DNA from: a virus | Direction: 5' to 3' (one strand) | DNA length: 64,000 bases | Virus record (IMG/VR): IMGVR_UViG_3300010316_000005 | Span: 1 to 64,000 of that record | Shown: positions 17,774 through 36,234 of the stretch, one piece after another | Layout of the letters: each line of letters opens with the position of its first letter | How positions within the stretch are numbered: position 1 is the stretch's first letter | Program-made: the position numbers and the translations under genes | Notes under the pieces: generated by a model | Told to the model about the DNA's origin: nothing | The model's input: only the letters and a program-made list of their open reading frames with translations | Database searches by the model: none

Positions 17774-18910
17774 ATGATGAATTTAATGACAGCAACTCCG
17801 TACGCAGATAAAATTAATCAGCAGTTTTCTAAGCAACAATCACACTACGTTAATCTCAAACAGCGTCTGCGCAGTGTAGTAGACAACGAAACTTACTTGC
17901 AGAGTGTTCTTGAAGATAGTATCGAAGACTTCAAAGAACGCAATCCGCAGTATACTAAGTGGACAGATATTACACTAGCTTCTGCACAAACAACTACACT
18001 AGACAAAATTGCAATTGACACAACCCTACAACGGTTGCTAGTGTTTTACTGGGCAATGGGCATTCTAGATCAGTTTTGGGCAATTCAAGCAGAACCGATT
18101 CGCGTGTACGAAGATCCAGCGTGTTCGGGTAAGTATGTATGTTGGGATGGCCAGCATACTGCTATTGTATTGTTTATTATTGCAAGTATGGTAATGAATG
18201 AAGATATTAGTAAATGTGAAGTTCCTATTGTAATTTATCCTAGTTCGCATAAAGACGAAATGCGTCGAGTGTTTATGGCAGCAAATGGTGAAGGCAAACG
18301 CCCACTAGATGCAATTGACAAATATCAGCAAATGGTATTTGGTGTACGCACAGATGGATCAACAATTCCTAACTGGATTGTAGCAGAACAAAAGCAACAA
18401 TGGCTTGAAAGTGCCAAGATGTTTGCTACACATGAAAAGTTTAATGATACCGAAATGCCGGGTGCGCTAACACGTATACCAGAGCTCATGGATACTAAAA
18501 ACTACACACCTATTATTACAAAATATTTTACACAATATTTTACAGCAGTGTGTCGTAGCAATCGACCTGTACAGCCTAAAGAAGCTTGGATGTTGTACGA
18601 ATATTTTAAACTGTGCAATGCAGATCCTGACATTGAAGTAACTGACAAATATATTCGAGATGTCGCTAACGCACTTAAAGTAGTAGGACATGGTGACTTT
18701 GACAGTCTTGACCTTTGGAGTCGTGCTAAGACTAGTTATCAAGACTACTATCGCGATGCAGTGCGCAATGGGTTGGACTTGCTAGGCATTCGTTACCCAG
18801 AAAAGCCACTAGGTAATACATTCCTTATTGCTCAAATTGCAAAAGCAGGAGTTAAGGTTCCTTACTATAGAGAAACATACTATACTGTACCTGCTGCGGA
18901 TTTGTTCTAA
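17774..18910 (+). CDS. ParB/Srx-like DGQH-motif protein
   Basis: IDTTLQR, YVCWDGQHT, F..AN; own promoter TTGACA-17-TATATT at 17714-17742. Confidence 0.6.
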   Translation: MMNLMTATPYADKINQQFSKQQSHYVNLKQRLRSVVDNETYLQSVLEDSIEDFKERNPQYTKWTDITLASAQTTTLDKIAIDTTLQRLLVFYWAMGILDQFWAIQAEPIRVYEDPACSGKYVCWDGQHTAIVLFIIASMVMNEDISKCEVPIVIYPSSHKDEMRRVFMAANGEGKRPLDAIDKYQQMVFGVRTDGSTIPNWIVAEQKQQWLESAKMFATHEKFNDTEMPGALTRIPELMDTKNYTPIITKYFTQYFTAVCRSNRPVQPKEAWMLYEYFKLCNADPDIEVTDKYIRDVANALKVVGHGDFDSLDLWSRAKTSYQDYYRDAVRNGLDLLGIRYPEKPLGNTFLIAQIAKAGVKVPYYRETYYTVPAADLF

Positions 18911-19392
18911 TGTTAATCTGGGAAGACATACCTAAGAAAAGTCCAAAGAAGCTTAAACAGCAACTTGAAAAAGGTCTAACGTGTACTGTAGAGGGCTGTA
19001 ATAGCCCCCTAACACAAAAGACAGGACCTGGGCAGAATCTATTGTGCCGCGCACATCAAAAAAATCTGCGTGAGTTCGGAGGCACTGGTAGAATAGATCG
19101 TCCGCATACCCATCATCGAACATGGATATGTGTTAAATGTAGCAAAGATGCACGTGAAGAGGTTCGTAAAAATTATCTGCATATTGAAGAACAAGACCCT
19201 GCTCTTTTTAGTAGACTGTGCCGCAACCGTGTTGTCGGCGATCACATTATTCGCAAGGCAGACGGTGGCGACGACTCACCAGAAAACATTCAAACACTAT
19301 GTTTAGAGTGCAACAGCGACAAAACTATTTTAGAAGATGACTGGCGAAATAAAGACTGTATACAAGAGGTGCAAATACTACTATCGCATTGA
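18910..19392 (+). CDS. Zn-binding HNH endonuclease
   Basis: CVKC..DHIIRKADGG....NIQTLCLECNSDKT; extra C..C..C..H. Confidence 0.8.
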   Translation: MLIWEDIPKKSPKKLKQQLEKGLTCTVEGCNSPLTQKTGPGQNLLCRAHQKNLREFGGTGRIDRPHTHHRTWICVKCSKDAREEVRKNYLHIEEQDPALFSRLCRNRVVGDHIIRKADGGDDSPENIQTLCLECNSDKTILEDDWRNKDCIQEVQILLSH

Positions 19393-19425
19393 TGATTTGA
19401 CAGCCGGTGATATTATAAATACTGT

Positions 19426-19716
19426 ATGACATATTTAAACAAAATGTACGGACGCAGTAATGCGCCGGATGCCACAAACGATAAGAACCCAAACAGAGTA
19501 ACTGGTGGGTTAAAAGCACAGGGCGTTGACTCTTATAAGATTGTTGCCGAAGACGGCAGCACTCAAGAAATACCTACGCAGACTTATGTTCGAAGTTTGG
19601 AAGATCAAATTCGCAAGATGAGAGCTGCTATCACAGTACTCGAACGCAAGGCAACACGACAAGAAACTGCCACTAATAGCCTTACTACTGCAATCAAATC
19701 ACACAATCCACGATAA
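19426..19716 (+). CDS. late hypothetical coiled-coil protein
   Basis: TATAAATA 4 nt upstream; KNPNRVTGGLK. Confidence 0.75.
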   Translation: MTYLNKMYGRSNAPDATNDKNPNRVTGGLKAQGVDSYKIVAEDGSTQEIPTQTYVRSLEDQIRKMRAAITVLERKATRQETATNSLTTAIKSHNPR

Positions 19717-19739
19717 ATACTTGTCAAAGGAGAAGTATA

Positions 19740-19916
19740 ATGTTTGGAATAATTAAAGATTGGGGCATGGCACGTTGGTCTGAGAGATCAACTTGGGACG
19801 GTACTATGTTAATTGCAGCGGGTGTAGGATTTATCGTATTTCAGCCAATCGCAGTATACATTGCTTACGCAGCAATTGCGTGGGGCATATGGACTTTCAT
19901 AAAGCCTGAAGCATAA
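19740..19916 (+). CDS. small membrane protein (holin-like), 58 aa
   Basis: Absent from ORF track; AGGAG RBS, GATAAATA upstream; MFGIIKDWG..ERSTWDG plus 2 hydrophobic segments. Confidence 0.7.
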   Translation: MFGIIKDWGMARWSERSTWDGTMLIAAGVGFIVFQPIAVYIAYAAIAWGIWTFIKPEA

Positions 19917-20204
19917 TCAAAGTTTACCAATAGGTAATATCGAGCTCGCGGAGAGATTCCAGACCTGCTTGCGTTCAACACCTTTTTTCTGTGCGAATCT
20001 TTTAGCATCGCAGTCGTTGCACACATGAAAATAGTTGTTGCTTAGGCGCTTAGGGTCCATCTTTCCGCGTTCTCTTGAAAAGTCTACATCACAGTTATCG
20101 CATCTAAATTGAGCATAAGTCTTTACACGAAAATACTCGTGTTCTGAGCCTAATTTGCTCTTTCTAACATGCCGGGTTTTGATTTTTATTTCTCTTAAGA
20201 ACAT
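19917..20204 (-). CDS. zinc-finger protein
   Basis: CDNC..CNDC; start at MFLRE inferred. Confidence 0.7.
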   Translation of the reverse strand: MFLREIKIKTRHVRKSKLGSEHEYFRVKTYAQFRCDNCDVDFSRERGKMDPKRLSNNYFHVCNDCDAKRFAQKKGVERKQVWNLSASSILPIGKL

Positions 20205-20265
20205 AACTATATTTACATAAAGATTATAAAAACACACGATAAATACATATGAGGAAGTAAATTAC

Positions 20266-20616
20266 ATGAACATTTGCACACTAACAGACGCAGCTAAAAC
20301 ACAGATTGTATCGCTATGCGAAGAGAATAACGTATGGGGAGTTAGTCTAAACATCAAGGGCGGCGGATGTGCTGGCTTTGAGTACGACTGGGGAACAGTT
20401 AAAACAGCCGAAGAAGTAGAAAAAGACGACGAAATAGTAGTAGCGGGCGACGCAGCAAACTTTGTAATCGGCGCAGCAAGTACAATGTTCTTAGTTGGAA
20501 CAGAAGTTGACTATGTAAAGAGTTTAGTTGGTTCAAACTTCGAAATTCGCAACCCAAATGCGCAATCTGCTTGCGGATGCGGTGTAAGCGTAAACTTTAA
20601 TATGGACTTATTTTAA
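20266..20616 (+). CDS. iscA: A-type Fe-S carrier (HesB/IscA/SufA)
   Basis: GGGCAGFEY, NPNAQSACGCGVS. Confidence 0.92.
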   Translation: MNICTLTDAAKTQIVSLCEENNVWGVSLNIKGGGCAGFEYDWGTVKTAEEVEKDDEIVVAGDAANFVIGAASTMFLVGTEVDYVKSLVGSNFEIRNPNAQSACGCGVSVNFNMDLF

Positions 20617-20623
20617 GGAATAA

Positions 20624-28615
<7,992 letters not shown>

Positions 28616-28750
28616 TGGATAAAAAAATAAGCACTAACAAACTTGCTAAATCTAATAAAGCAAAGGTGACTAACAGTAGAGACAGCCAGGCCCGCAAGGT
28701 GATGGCTGTCAACAACTCACTCAAAATCGAAGTAATGAAGGGTAAATCAA

Positions 28751-29206
28751 ATGGCTAAGCAAACAATTGCAGTAGGCTCATCGCCAAATTATGGAGATGG
28801 TGATCCGTTGCGCACAGCATTTACAAAAGTTAATGCTAATTTCGATGAACTATACGCTGGACAAAATATAGATCCTGGCAATACTGGTGCTAGCTTAATG
28901 CCAGACGCAGACGGCACAAGAGATTTGGGTGCTGCTGACAAACAATGGGCAGACTTGTATGTAAAAGATTACATATACCTCAACGGAACACGGATTGAAG
29001 TGGATTCTGGTGGCGTGTTGCGCATCGGCGGCGGGATACAACAAGTAATCGATGTTGTTGGCAGCGTATTTGCAGACGACAGCACGTTACTAGTTGATGG
29101 CGTTAACGGAACTATTCCGGGATATATTAGTATTGACGAGTTAAAGTCAGCAGTATCAGCATCGGGCACCTACGCTGAGTTTGTTGCTTATATAAACAAT
29201 CTATAA
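28751..29206 (+). CDS. baseplate/tail protein
   Basis: GDGDPLRTAFTKVNANFDELY. Confidence 0.8.
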   Translation: MAKQTIAVGSSPNYGDGDPLRTAFTKVNANFDELYAGQNIDPGNTGASLMPDADGTRDLGAADKQWADLYVKDYIYLNGTRIEVDSGGVLRIGGGIQQVIDVVGSVFADDSTLLVDGVNGTIPGYISIDELKSAVSASGTYAEFVAYINNL

Positions 29207-29229
29207 ATACAATAACAGGAGAATTAAAA

Positions 29230-29580
29230 ATGGCAAACAGAGTACCACTAGTTATTGTTTCAACTGAAACAGGGTATGAAATTAAAGAACTTCCCAATGC
29301 TGATACACTGTTTTTGCAATCAAACAGCATCGACGAGGTTGAAGACATTACTGCGTTCGGAACAGTTAATGTAGGTAACTTGATAGTAAACGGGACCAGC
29401 ATTGATCCTGCTGACATTACTAGTACAAACAGCGGCAATTCGCCATTTAGACTAGCACAATTTACAACAGCACAGCGTGACGAGTTATCATTGCCCGGTG
29501 ACGGAGATATGATTTATAATCTAACTACTCAAACTTTCCAAGGTTATTCAAATGGAAGTTGGGCAGACCTGAACGCATAA
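29230..29580 (+). CDS. tail-associated protein
   Basis: TTAQRD..GDMIYN.T..FQGY..GSW motif. Confidence 0.75.
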   Translation: MANRVPLVIVSTETGYEIKELPNADTLFLQSNSIDEVEDITAFGTVNVGNLIVNGTSIDPADITSTNSGNSPFRLAQFTTAQRDELSLPGDGDMIYNLTTQTFQGYSNGSWADLNA

Positions 29581-29600
29581 TATGAAATACGGAGAATAAA

Positions 29601-30296
29601 ATGGCAGTAGAACTAATCAATATAGGCAACGTAGCGAATGACGGCACGGGCGACGATCTACGCGAAGCCTTTATTAAAATAAATCAAAATTTTGAAGAAA
29701 TTGATCTACGTGATGACGAGAAAACAACCGCAGCAAATATTGGTGCAGTAGGCGAAGGACTCTTTGCGAAAAAGCAAGGCTACGAACTACAATTTAAGAA
29801 ATTAGTAGCAGGCACAGACATTACATTAAATTCAACTAACGATCAAGTTACTGTCAACGCCAATGGCGGCTTAAAGACATTGCTAGCTGTTAGTGACTCT
29901 GGTAGCATTATGCTGCAAGAGACTGCTAGCCTAAACATTAATGGCGGCGCGGGCATCGAAACTGCTATTGTAGGTAATACGCTAACAATCACAAATACAT
30001 CAAGTGAACTCGTTACTGATACTACCCCGCAACTAGGCGGCAACCTGGATGCACAAGGGTTTAATATAACTAACGCAAACACAATAGAAGGAACATTTGT
30101 TGGTAACCTAACTGGATTAGTTTATGGAATCGATGTTAGGGAATTTGCGCAGTACGGTGAATTAAACAGCTGGGACTTTGGGAAAATAGACCTCGAAGCT
30201 AATAACATTCTCGAATATCTTATCTTTGGTACTACCGTCGATATGGGAACGTTTGATGATCCAAATCCTATTTTGATTGACATAGGCTCATTCTAA
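29601..30296 (+). CDS. baseplate/tail protein
   Basis: INIGNVANDGTGDDLREAFIKINQNF; DTTPQLGGNLD. Confidence 0.8.
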   Translation: MAVELINIGNVANDGTGDDLREAFIKINQNFEEIDLRDDEKTTAANIGAVGEGLFAKKQGYELQFKKLVAGTDITLNSTNDQVTVNANGGLKTLLAVSDSGSIMLQETASLNINGGAGIETAIVGNTLTITNTSSELVTDTTPQLGGNLDAQGFNITNANTIEGTFVGNLTGLVYGIDVREFAQYGELNSWDFGKIDLEANNILEYLIFGTTVDMGTFDDPNPILIDIGSF

Positions 30297-30334
30297 ACAA
30301 GATATTACGATAAATATTATAAAGGAATCGATTA

Positions 30335-33300
30335 ATGTCTACTTCACTATGGAAAGTGCCAAACGGGCAAGAACTATCAATACTTGTTGAAAGAAATAAG
30401 GTTCAGATACTGCTTCCTCTGGCAACTGGTTTTGATGATATTGAAGTAGAGTTGATCAGTGGAAATCTTCCGACTGGAACAAGATTAGAGGGTGATAAAA
30501 TTGTCGGACTTGCGTATGAAGTACAGCGCGATACCTTGTACACGTTTGTTCTAAGGGCGTCAAGTTGCGGAATATTCGACGACAGAACTTTTAAGATTAC
30601 AGTAATAGGACCCGACGAGCCAGAATGGCGCACTCCTCCTGGATTGCTAGCAGTCGGTAACAACGGGTTGCTGTTTGTGTTAGACAATCAGTTAGTAGAT
30701 TACAACCTCTTTGCACAAGACACAGACCTTCCAGCAGGCGACGAGCTAGAATATTTTATCGCAGAAGGCGATGGGGTCTTGCCTGAAGGGTTAACACTTA
30801 CCCCAGAAGGTAACATCTACGGCATAACCGAACCGCTACTAAGTTTAGATAAACGTTACGAAGGCGGAGCGTTTGATACTATGCCATTTGGCACTGTTTT
30901 AGATTATGCTGTTCTGCCTGACAACGGATTTTCATCATTCTTATTTGACAGTCAAACTTATGATTACAATGAAATTACACAAAGCCTACGCAAACTAAAT
31001 AGGTACTGGCCCTTTGCTGTCACGGTAACAGACGGGGACACATTTGCTAGACGTGAGTTTAAGATTTATGTTGTAGGTGATGATTATCTAAGAGCAGACA
31101 ACACCATCGAACACGCTAGCACTGGTATTTTTACAGCAGACAACACTCATGTACGTACACCAATTTGGATTACTCCAAATAACCTTGGATCAAAGCGTGC
31201 AAACAATTACTTTACAATACCTTTACAAATCATTGACAACGAAACACTAGTGGGCACAGTGTCATATACCATTAATGACGTAAATGATGATGGCTCGGCA
31301 TCAATACTGCCGCCTGGTCTAGAGCTCGACACAGACTCAGGAATACTACACGGCAGAGTTCCCTATCAGCCTGCGGTAACAGAAGACTATAAATTCTCAA
31401 TTACTGCTACAAGAGTAGAGAGTGATTTGGAAAATATTTCTATATTTGCTAATTTCTATGAAGATGTTGTACTAGGTGCTAAAAGTTTTAAGATATTTAA
31501 GATTGACTTAACTGACTCCGACGGTATTAATGACTTAATTGCGTTAAGAAATAGAGAAATACTACTAAACAATCGCTTGTACAAGGTTAACAATGTAGAC
31601 GATCGCAACGAAGAATATGATGTAATTTATGTTAACGAAAGCATTGGCCCAAACATATCTCTTATATTAAGTAGAAGAGGAATTGCCGGTACTGACTACA
31701 TCTTTACCAATCGTTTAACAGACGCAGAATCTGCAAAGTATCGCGGAAGAACAATTAAGCTGTCAGCGGGCGAAGAATATGTAGTACAAAGCGTAGTTCC
31801 TTATGTTGTGTACGAAGTAACATCGTCGTCATTGCTAGACATTAACTCTGCAATAACAGAGCTACAAAATGAATATGGCGGCACTGTGTATATTACAGAG
31901 TCTGCTCCGGACACTTGGCAAGTAAGTTTAAGAAGCACTTCTAAGACAAGAAATATAGGAAACATTAAAGATTCGTTTCAGGCATTTAACAGCGGCACCG
32001 CGTTTTCAGTAAGAATATTCAAGGACAATGAGACTAGATTGTTGTTTGATGTTAACTTAACAACTGACATTAGTCAAGGTAGAAACATCGGTATAGCACT
32101 ATTTAAGAACGACTTCTTTAGAGAGAATATGGTAATTGCAACTAACGATGAAGTTGCGATGCCAGAATCAACTAAGACATTTAATTTAGCAGTGATCGGC
32201 GAAATTGATTCAGCGATAGAATGGATTACGCCGACAGACCTAGGATCGATCAAAGCCAACTTGCCTAGTATTTTTAGAGTACAAGCCAGCACAACTGTTC
32301 CTAACAACACTATGACATACGAACTAGTAAGTGGGACACTGCCTAACGGCATGTATCTAAGTCCAACTGGAGAAATTATTGGCACTGCTAATCAATATGA
32401 AACTGAGATTCTGAAGGGTCTTACTTCGTTTGATAATAATGTCATAGCCTGGGACGGTAGTAATCCCGGCGACACAACATTTGATAGAGTGTTTACATTT
32501 TCGATTAAGGCAGTCGATAACGTGGGCATTGCTGAAATTATCAAAGAGTTTACAATAACTGTACTCGACGATGATCCGAAACTGTATACTGATCTTTATT
32601 TAAAGCCGATGCTCAAGCCTGCGCAACGAGAACTATACAGACTATTTATTAGTGATACAACTATCTTTACGCCTTCAAAAATATATAGAGCAGTTGATCC
32701 AAAGTTTGGAATACAAACTCAAATTCAAATGTTAGCATATGCAGGCATTGAAGCTAAGAAGATTGAAGAATTTGTAGCTGCTACTGCTAAAAATCACAAA
32801 CGAAGAAGATATCAGATCGGTGACTTTAGAAAAGCAGAAGCAAAGATTCCGGGGACTAATGAAGTTGTCTACGAAGTAGTATACGCTGAAATAATTGATC
32901 CTGCAAACCCTAAAAAGGGCAAGTCGAAAAAGACATTCAAGATAGATACACAGAATAAAATTACAGCAGACAGTATGCAATATCCTCCAAAGGATGACGT
33001 TGTTAAACTGGGCCTAGGACTAGACAGGATCGCAGTCGGCAACGGAACAACTGTAGACTTTGTATACGTGGAGCAAGGTGGCATTATTGTGCGCAGCAGA
33101 GATGGGTCAGGACTAGGCGTAAGTGTTGAAAATGACTTTGAAATTGAAATAAGAGACGGAGGCACTGTTAGCATTGTAGTAGAAGTTACAGACAGCGAGC
33201 CTTATAGAATGAGACCTTTGCCAGCAGAAAATACAATCAAAGCTGACTCAAACGCAATTAAAGTTTCCGACAGTAAGGACCAAGCACGCTACTTGTCAAA

Positions 33301-33592
33301 CACTCAAAATATGAGAAGTAGTATCAAAGCTGTCGGTGCCAATGAGCGAGAGTACTTGCCATTGTGGATGCGTACCCCGCAAGAAAATTTACAAGAGCTA
33401 GGCTACGCAACAGCAATACCAATATGCTATTGCAAACCTGGGCAAGCAGACGACATACTATTAAACATTAAAAATAGCAACTTTGATTTAAAAGCTATTG
33501 ACTTTGAAGTAGATCGATATATCATTGAAAGAACTGAAGGTGTTAACATACCGCAATACATTTTGTTCGCAAATTATCAGTTTAATGTTTAA
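30335..33592 (+). CDS. baseplate wedge-like protein with Ig-like repeats
   Basis: Repeated SG.LP.G..L...G.I.G units; YLPLWMRTPQ C-terminus. Confidence 0.75.
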   Translation: MSTSLWKVPNGQELSILVERNKVQILLPLATGFDDIEVELISGNLPTGTRLEGDKIVGLAYEVQRDTLYTFVLRASSCGIFDDRTFKITVIGPDEPEWRTPPGLLAVGNNGLLFVLDNQLVDYNLFAQDTDLPAGDELEYFIAEGDGVLPEGLTLTPEGNIYGITEPLLSLDKRYEGGAFDTMPFGTVLDYAVLPDNGFSSFLFDSQTYDYNEITQSLRKLNRYWPFAVTVTDGDTFARREFKIYVVGDDYLRADNTIEHASTGIFTADNTHVRTPIWITPNNLGSKRANNYFTIPLQIIDNETLVGTVSYTINDVNDDGSASILPPGLELDTDSGILHGRVPYQPAVTEDYKFSITATRVESDLENISIFANFYEDVVLGAKSFKIFKIDLTDSDGINDLIALRNREILLNNRLYKVNNVDDRNEEYDVIYVNESIGPNISLILSRRGIAGTDYIFTNRLTDAESAKYRGRTIKLSAGEEYVVQSVVPYVVYEVTSSSLLDINSAITELQNEYGGTVYITESAPDTWQVSLRSTSKTRNIGNIKDSFQAFNSGTAFSVRIFKDNETRLLFDVNLTTDISQGRNIGIALFKNDFFRENMVIATNDEVAMPESTKTFNLAVIGEIDSAIEWITPTDLGSIKANLPSIFRVQASTTVPNNTMTYELVSGTLPNGMYLSPTGEIIGTANQYETEILKGLTSFDNNVIAWDGSNPGDTTFDRVFTFSIKAVDNVGIAEIIKEFTITVLDDDPKLYTDLYLKPMLKPAQRELYRLFISDTTIFTPSKIYRAVDPKFGIQTQIQMLAYAGIEAKKIEEFVAATAKNHKRRRYQIGDFRKAEAKIPGTNEVVYEVVYAEIIDPANPKKGKSKKTFKIDTQNKITADSMQYPPKDDVVKLGLGLDRIAVGNGTTVDFVYVEQGGIIVRSRDGSGLGVSVENDFEIEIRDGGTVSIVVEVTDSEPYRMRPLPAENTIKADSNAIKVSDSKDQARYLSNTQNMRSSIKAVGANEREYLPLWMRTPQENLQELGYATAIPICYCKPGQADDILLNIKNSNFDLKAIDFEVDRYIIERTEGVNIPQYILFANYQFNV

Positions 33593-33622
33593 TAACGATA
33601 AATATGTAAAAGAGGAATTGAA

Positions 33623-34204
33623 ATGGCTAGCAACATCATTAGCACTACAATAGACGGAGCGTTTCCGGTAGCCGGAGTGGACAACGACACTCAAGGATTT
33701 AGAGATAATTTTACTATTATCAAAGATGGCCTTGCGAACGCTAAGATAGAAATCGAAACACTACAAGATAGCACTGCTAAGAAAGATGAAGACAACAATT
33801 TTGACGGCAGTCAGATATCTGGAGCGGAGTTTGTAAATAATACGCACGCGGCTGTTACTCCAACTAACCCTATTGAGCTATCATATGCGTCGGGTAGTTA
33901 CTTTGAGATTAGCATTGCTAGAGATTCAGGCGATCGTGCCGACGCTGATATCGGATTAGTTGATTGGCCAGATACGGGATACGCTATTATACGTGCATCA
34001 ATTCGCACAGACGGCGACGAATCTGACATTGTTGTTAATTGGACATCAAGTGTCGGAGGCGGTTCGACTATCTACCTTGACGATAGTTGGCCTAGTCCTG
34101 ATTTTCAAGCAACTGCTGATCGTAAGGTGGTTGAGTTTTGGACTTTTAACGGTGGCACCACTGTGTACGGAAGGTATATAGGAGTATTCACAGAAAGTGT
34201 TTAA
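33623..34204 (+). CDS. virion structural protein
   Basis: FPVAGVDNDTQGFRDNF; GATAAATA upstream. Confidence 0.7.
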   Translation: MASNIISTTIDGAFPVAGVDNDTQGFRDNFTIIKDGLANAKIEIETLQDSTAKKDEDNNFDGSQISGAEFVNNTHAAVTPTNPIELSYASGSYFEISIARDSGDRADADIGLVDWPDTGYAIIRASIRTDGDESDIVVNWTSSVGGGSTIYLDDSWPSPDFQATADRKVVEFWTFNGGTTVYGRYIGVFTESV

Positions 34205-34442
34205 TCCTTTGCTTCCCAGTCTAAGCGACTTGACTATTAGTCAGCTTGAAGATCGTGTTGTAGATTTGCAACGTAAGTATTTTCAAACAAGCAATCCTAA
34301 TCTGAAGCAGCAAATTGTAGTCAATCTTAACACGTTCAAAGAAGAAATCAGCTATCGTCGCGGCCTCGAGCGCCAGCGCCAGCAAGAAGAAATGAATAAA
34401 GATGGCGATAATGGACTTGACAATTTAATCAATATCAGTTAA
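34197..34442 (+). CDS. hypothetical protein
   Basis: MFNPL..; helical. Confidence 0.7.
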   Translation: MFNPLLPSLSDLTISQLEDRVVDLQRKYFQTSNPNLKQQIVVNLNTFKEEISYRRGLERQRQQEEMNKDGDNGLDNLINIS

Positions 34443-34451
34443 ACTAAACAT

Positions 34452-34982
34452 ATGTTATTGAAAACTGATGACCTAGGCATTCCTAGATTTACTTCTCGCA
34501 ATCTTATTGATATGATATACAGCGGACACGCTAGTAAGTGTCACGTTGTTCTGTGTGATGCAGATGACGAGATTGAAAAATTTAATGCAGCGATGGCAGA
34601 CCAAGGATTGCCATTGCTAACAAAATATGTTCCTATCGACGTTGAACAAAAAGACTTTGACAACGTATGTCAAAGTGAATGGTTTATGCCAGACAAATAT
34701 AAAAAATCTGACGAAGTTCTGTTTCATGACTTACTTGGAATGTCTAGTGACACCGACGAAGCAGATAGAATTTTGGAAGAATTTGATGCCTATGATGATA
34801 GAGGTATGCTTGACTTATTGAAATATCTAATATACCTTGTAGACTTTATGCGTGAAAATAATATCGTATGGGGAGTCGGACGTGGATCTAGTGTAGCTAG
34901 TTTTATATTATACAAGATAGGCATTCATAAAATCAATAGCTTAAAATACGGTTTAGACTGGCGAGAATTCCTGCGAGACTAA
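34452..34982 (+). CDS. DNA polymerase III alpha (DnaE)-like fragment
   Basis: R..EE, LVDFMRENNIVWGVGRGSSVAS..LY.IGIH.IN.LKY.L...FL; promoter TTGACA-17-TAAACT at 34417-34445. Confidence 0.8.
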   Translation: MLLKTDDLGIPRFTSRNLIDMIYSGHASKCHVVLCDADDEIEKFNAAMADQGLPLLTKYVPIDVEQKDFDNVCQSEWFMPDKYKKSDEVLFHDLLGMSSDTDEADRILEEFDAYDDRGMLDLLKYLIYLVDFMRENNIVWGVGRGSSVASFILYKIGIHKINSLKYGLDWREFLRD

Positions 34983-35009
34983 ATATACGTATATTATAAG
35001 GAGACAGAT

Positions 35010-35354
35010 ATGTCAAAAGTAGCTAAAGGTAGAAAGCAGTATACTTCAATGAGAGGTAAACCTGTCGACATCGATCTTCTTCGCAAGAAGAATGAACTAA
35101 CTCCAGCAGTAGGCAACTCGCGCGTTAACGCAAGAGGCGACGAACTAGGAGCAGGCGGCAAGATTGTACGCAAAAGAGAAGAAATTGTAAAAGAGTTTTA
35201 CAACAAGAGCCCATCGGTTCCTGACGAACGCACAGCAAAGAAGCCTGACCCAATCATCGTTAAGGAAGAGCTGTCTGCAGACGAAGCAGAATTGTTCGAC
35301 GACGACTGGGTAGAAGACAAAGACGGAAATTTTGTTAAAAAAGGTGAAAAATGA
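35010..35354 (+). CDS. conserved phage hypothetical protein
   Basis: AVGNSRVNARGDELGAGG. Confidence 0.75.
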   Translation: MSKVAKGRKQYTSMRGKPVDIDLLRKKNELTPAVGNSRVNARGDELGAGGKIVRKREEIVKEFYNKSPSVPDERTAKKPDPIIVKEELSADEAELFDDDWVEDKDGNFVKKGEK

Positions 35355-35743
35355 AAACTATTAGCGGAACACTAGTACCAATTAAAGATAACGTAATCAT
35401 TACAGAGATGTACTTTGGTGAGCAAAAAACTACTAGCGGCCTTATTCTTAACGACGATAACGGCACAACTCGGGGAATCTATCCTCGCTGGGGCCGCGTT
35501 TATAAAAAAGGGCCAGCTAACACTGAGCCATACCAAGAAGGCGACTGGGTCCTTGTTGCTCACGGACGCTGGACTCGAAGTATAAAAGTCGACGAAGGCG
35601 AAGGTGAGGTTGAAATCCGAATGGCAGAACTTGACAGTATCCTCGGATGGAGCAACGAGAAACCATCTGGAGTACAGTTCGGCAAGGAATATACCAATGG
35701 ACAAGAAGCTACAATCGACCCTTCAAGTTTTATCAACGTCTGA
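35351..35743 (+). CDS. groES: GroES-like co-chaperonin
   Basis: PIKDNVII..EQKTTSGLIL..GP....GDWVLV. Confidence 0.75.
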   Translation: MKTISGTLVPIKDNVIITEMYFGEQKTTSGLILNDDNGTTRGIYPRWGRVYKKGPANTEPYQEGDWVLVAHGRWTRSIKVDEGEGEVEIRMAELDSILGWSNEKPSGVQFGKEYTNGQEATIDPSSFINV

Positions 35744-35865
35744 ACTAACTAAAACACTGTCTAGACTAGACACTGCATATCATGTTGATACAGACATGTG
35801 CTCTCGAATGAGCATGTTACTGTTGATAGATGAAATAAAAATAGAACTTAACAATAGAGGTAATA

Positions 35866-36234
35866 ATGACTAATATATTTAAAGATTCAAAGGACTTCAT
35901 GGTGGCCATTGATCAGCACGAACCTAACCAAGCACAATTTGACTTGTATGTTAAACTAATCGACGAAGAACATAGCGAACTACATGACGCAATTGAAGCA
36001 GATGATCGGGTGGAGCAGCTCGACGCTCTTGTTGACATCTTAGTTGTAACTGCCGGAGCAATCAACTCAATGGGTGCAGATGGCGAAGGCGCGTGGAACG
36101 AAGTGATGCGCACTAACTTTGCTAAGGTCGATCCAGAAACAGGCAAGGTTCGCAGACGCGAGGACGGAAAAGTTTTGAAAGGGCCTAATTGGGTTCCGCC
36201 TAATTTAGAGCCTTTCTTGTCTAAATTAAAGTAA
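35866..36234 (+). CDS. MazG/PRA-PH-like NTP pyrophosphohydrolase (probably with a replaced C-terminus)
   Basis: LIDEEHSEL..DALVDILVV..EVMRTNFAK..REDGKVLK. Confidence 0.85.
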   Translation: MTNIFKDSKDFMVAIDQHEPNQAQFDLYVKLIDEEHSELHDAIEADDRVEQLDALVDILVVTAGAINSMGADGEGAWNEVMRTNFAKVDPETGKVRRREDGKVLKGPNWVPPNLEPFLSKLK

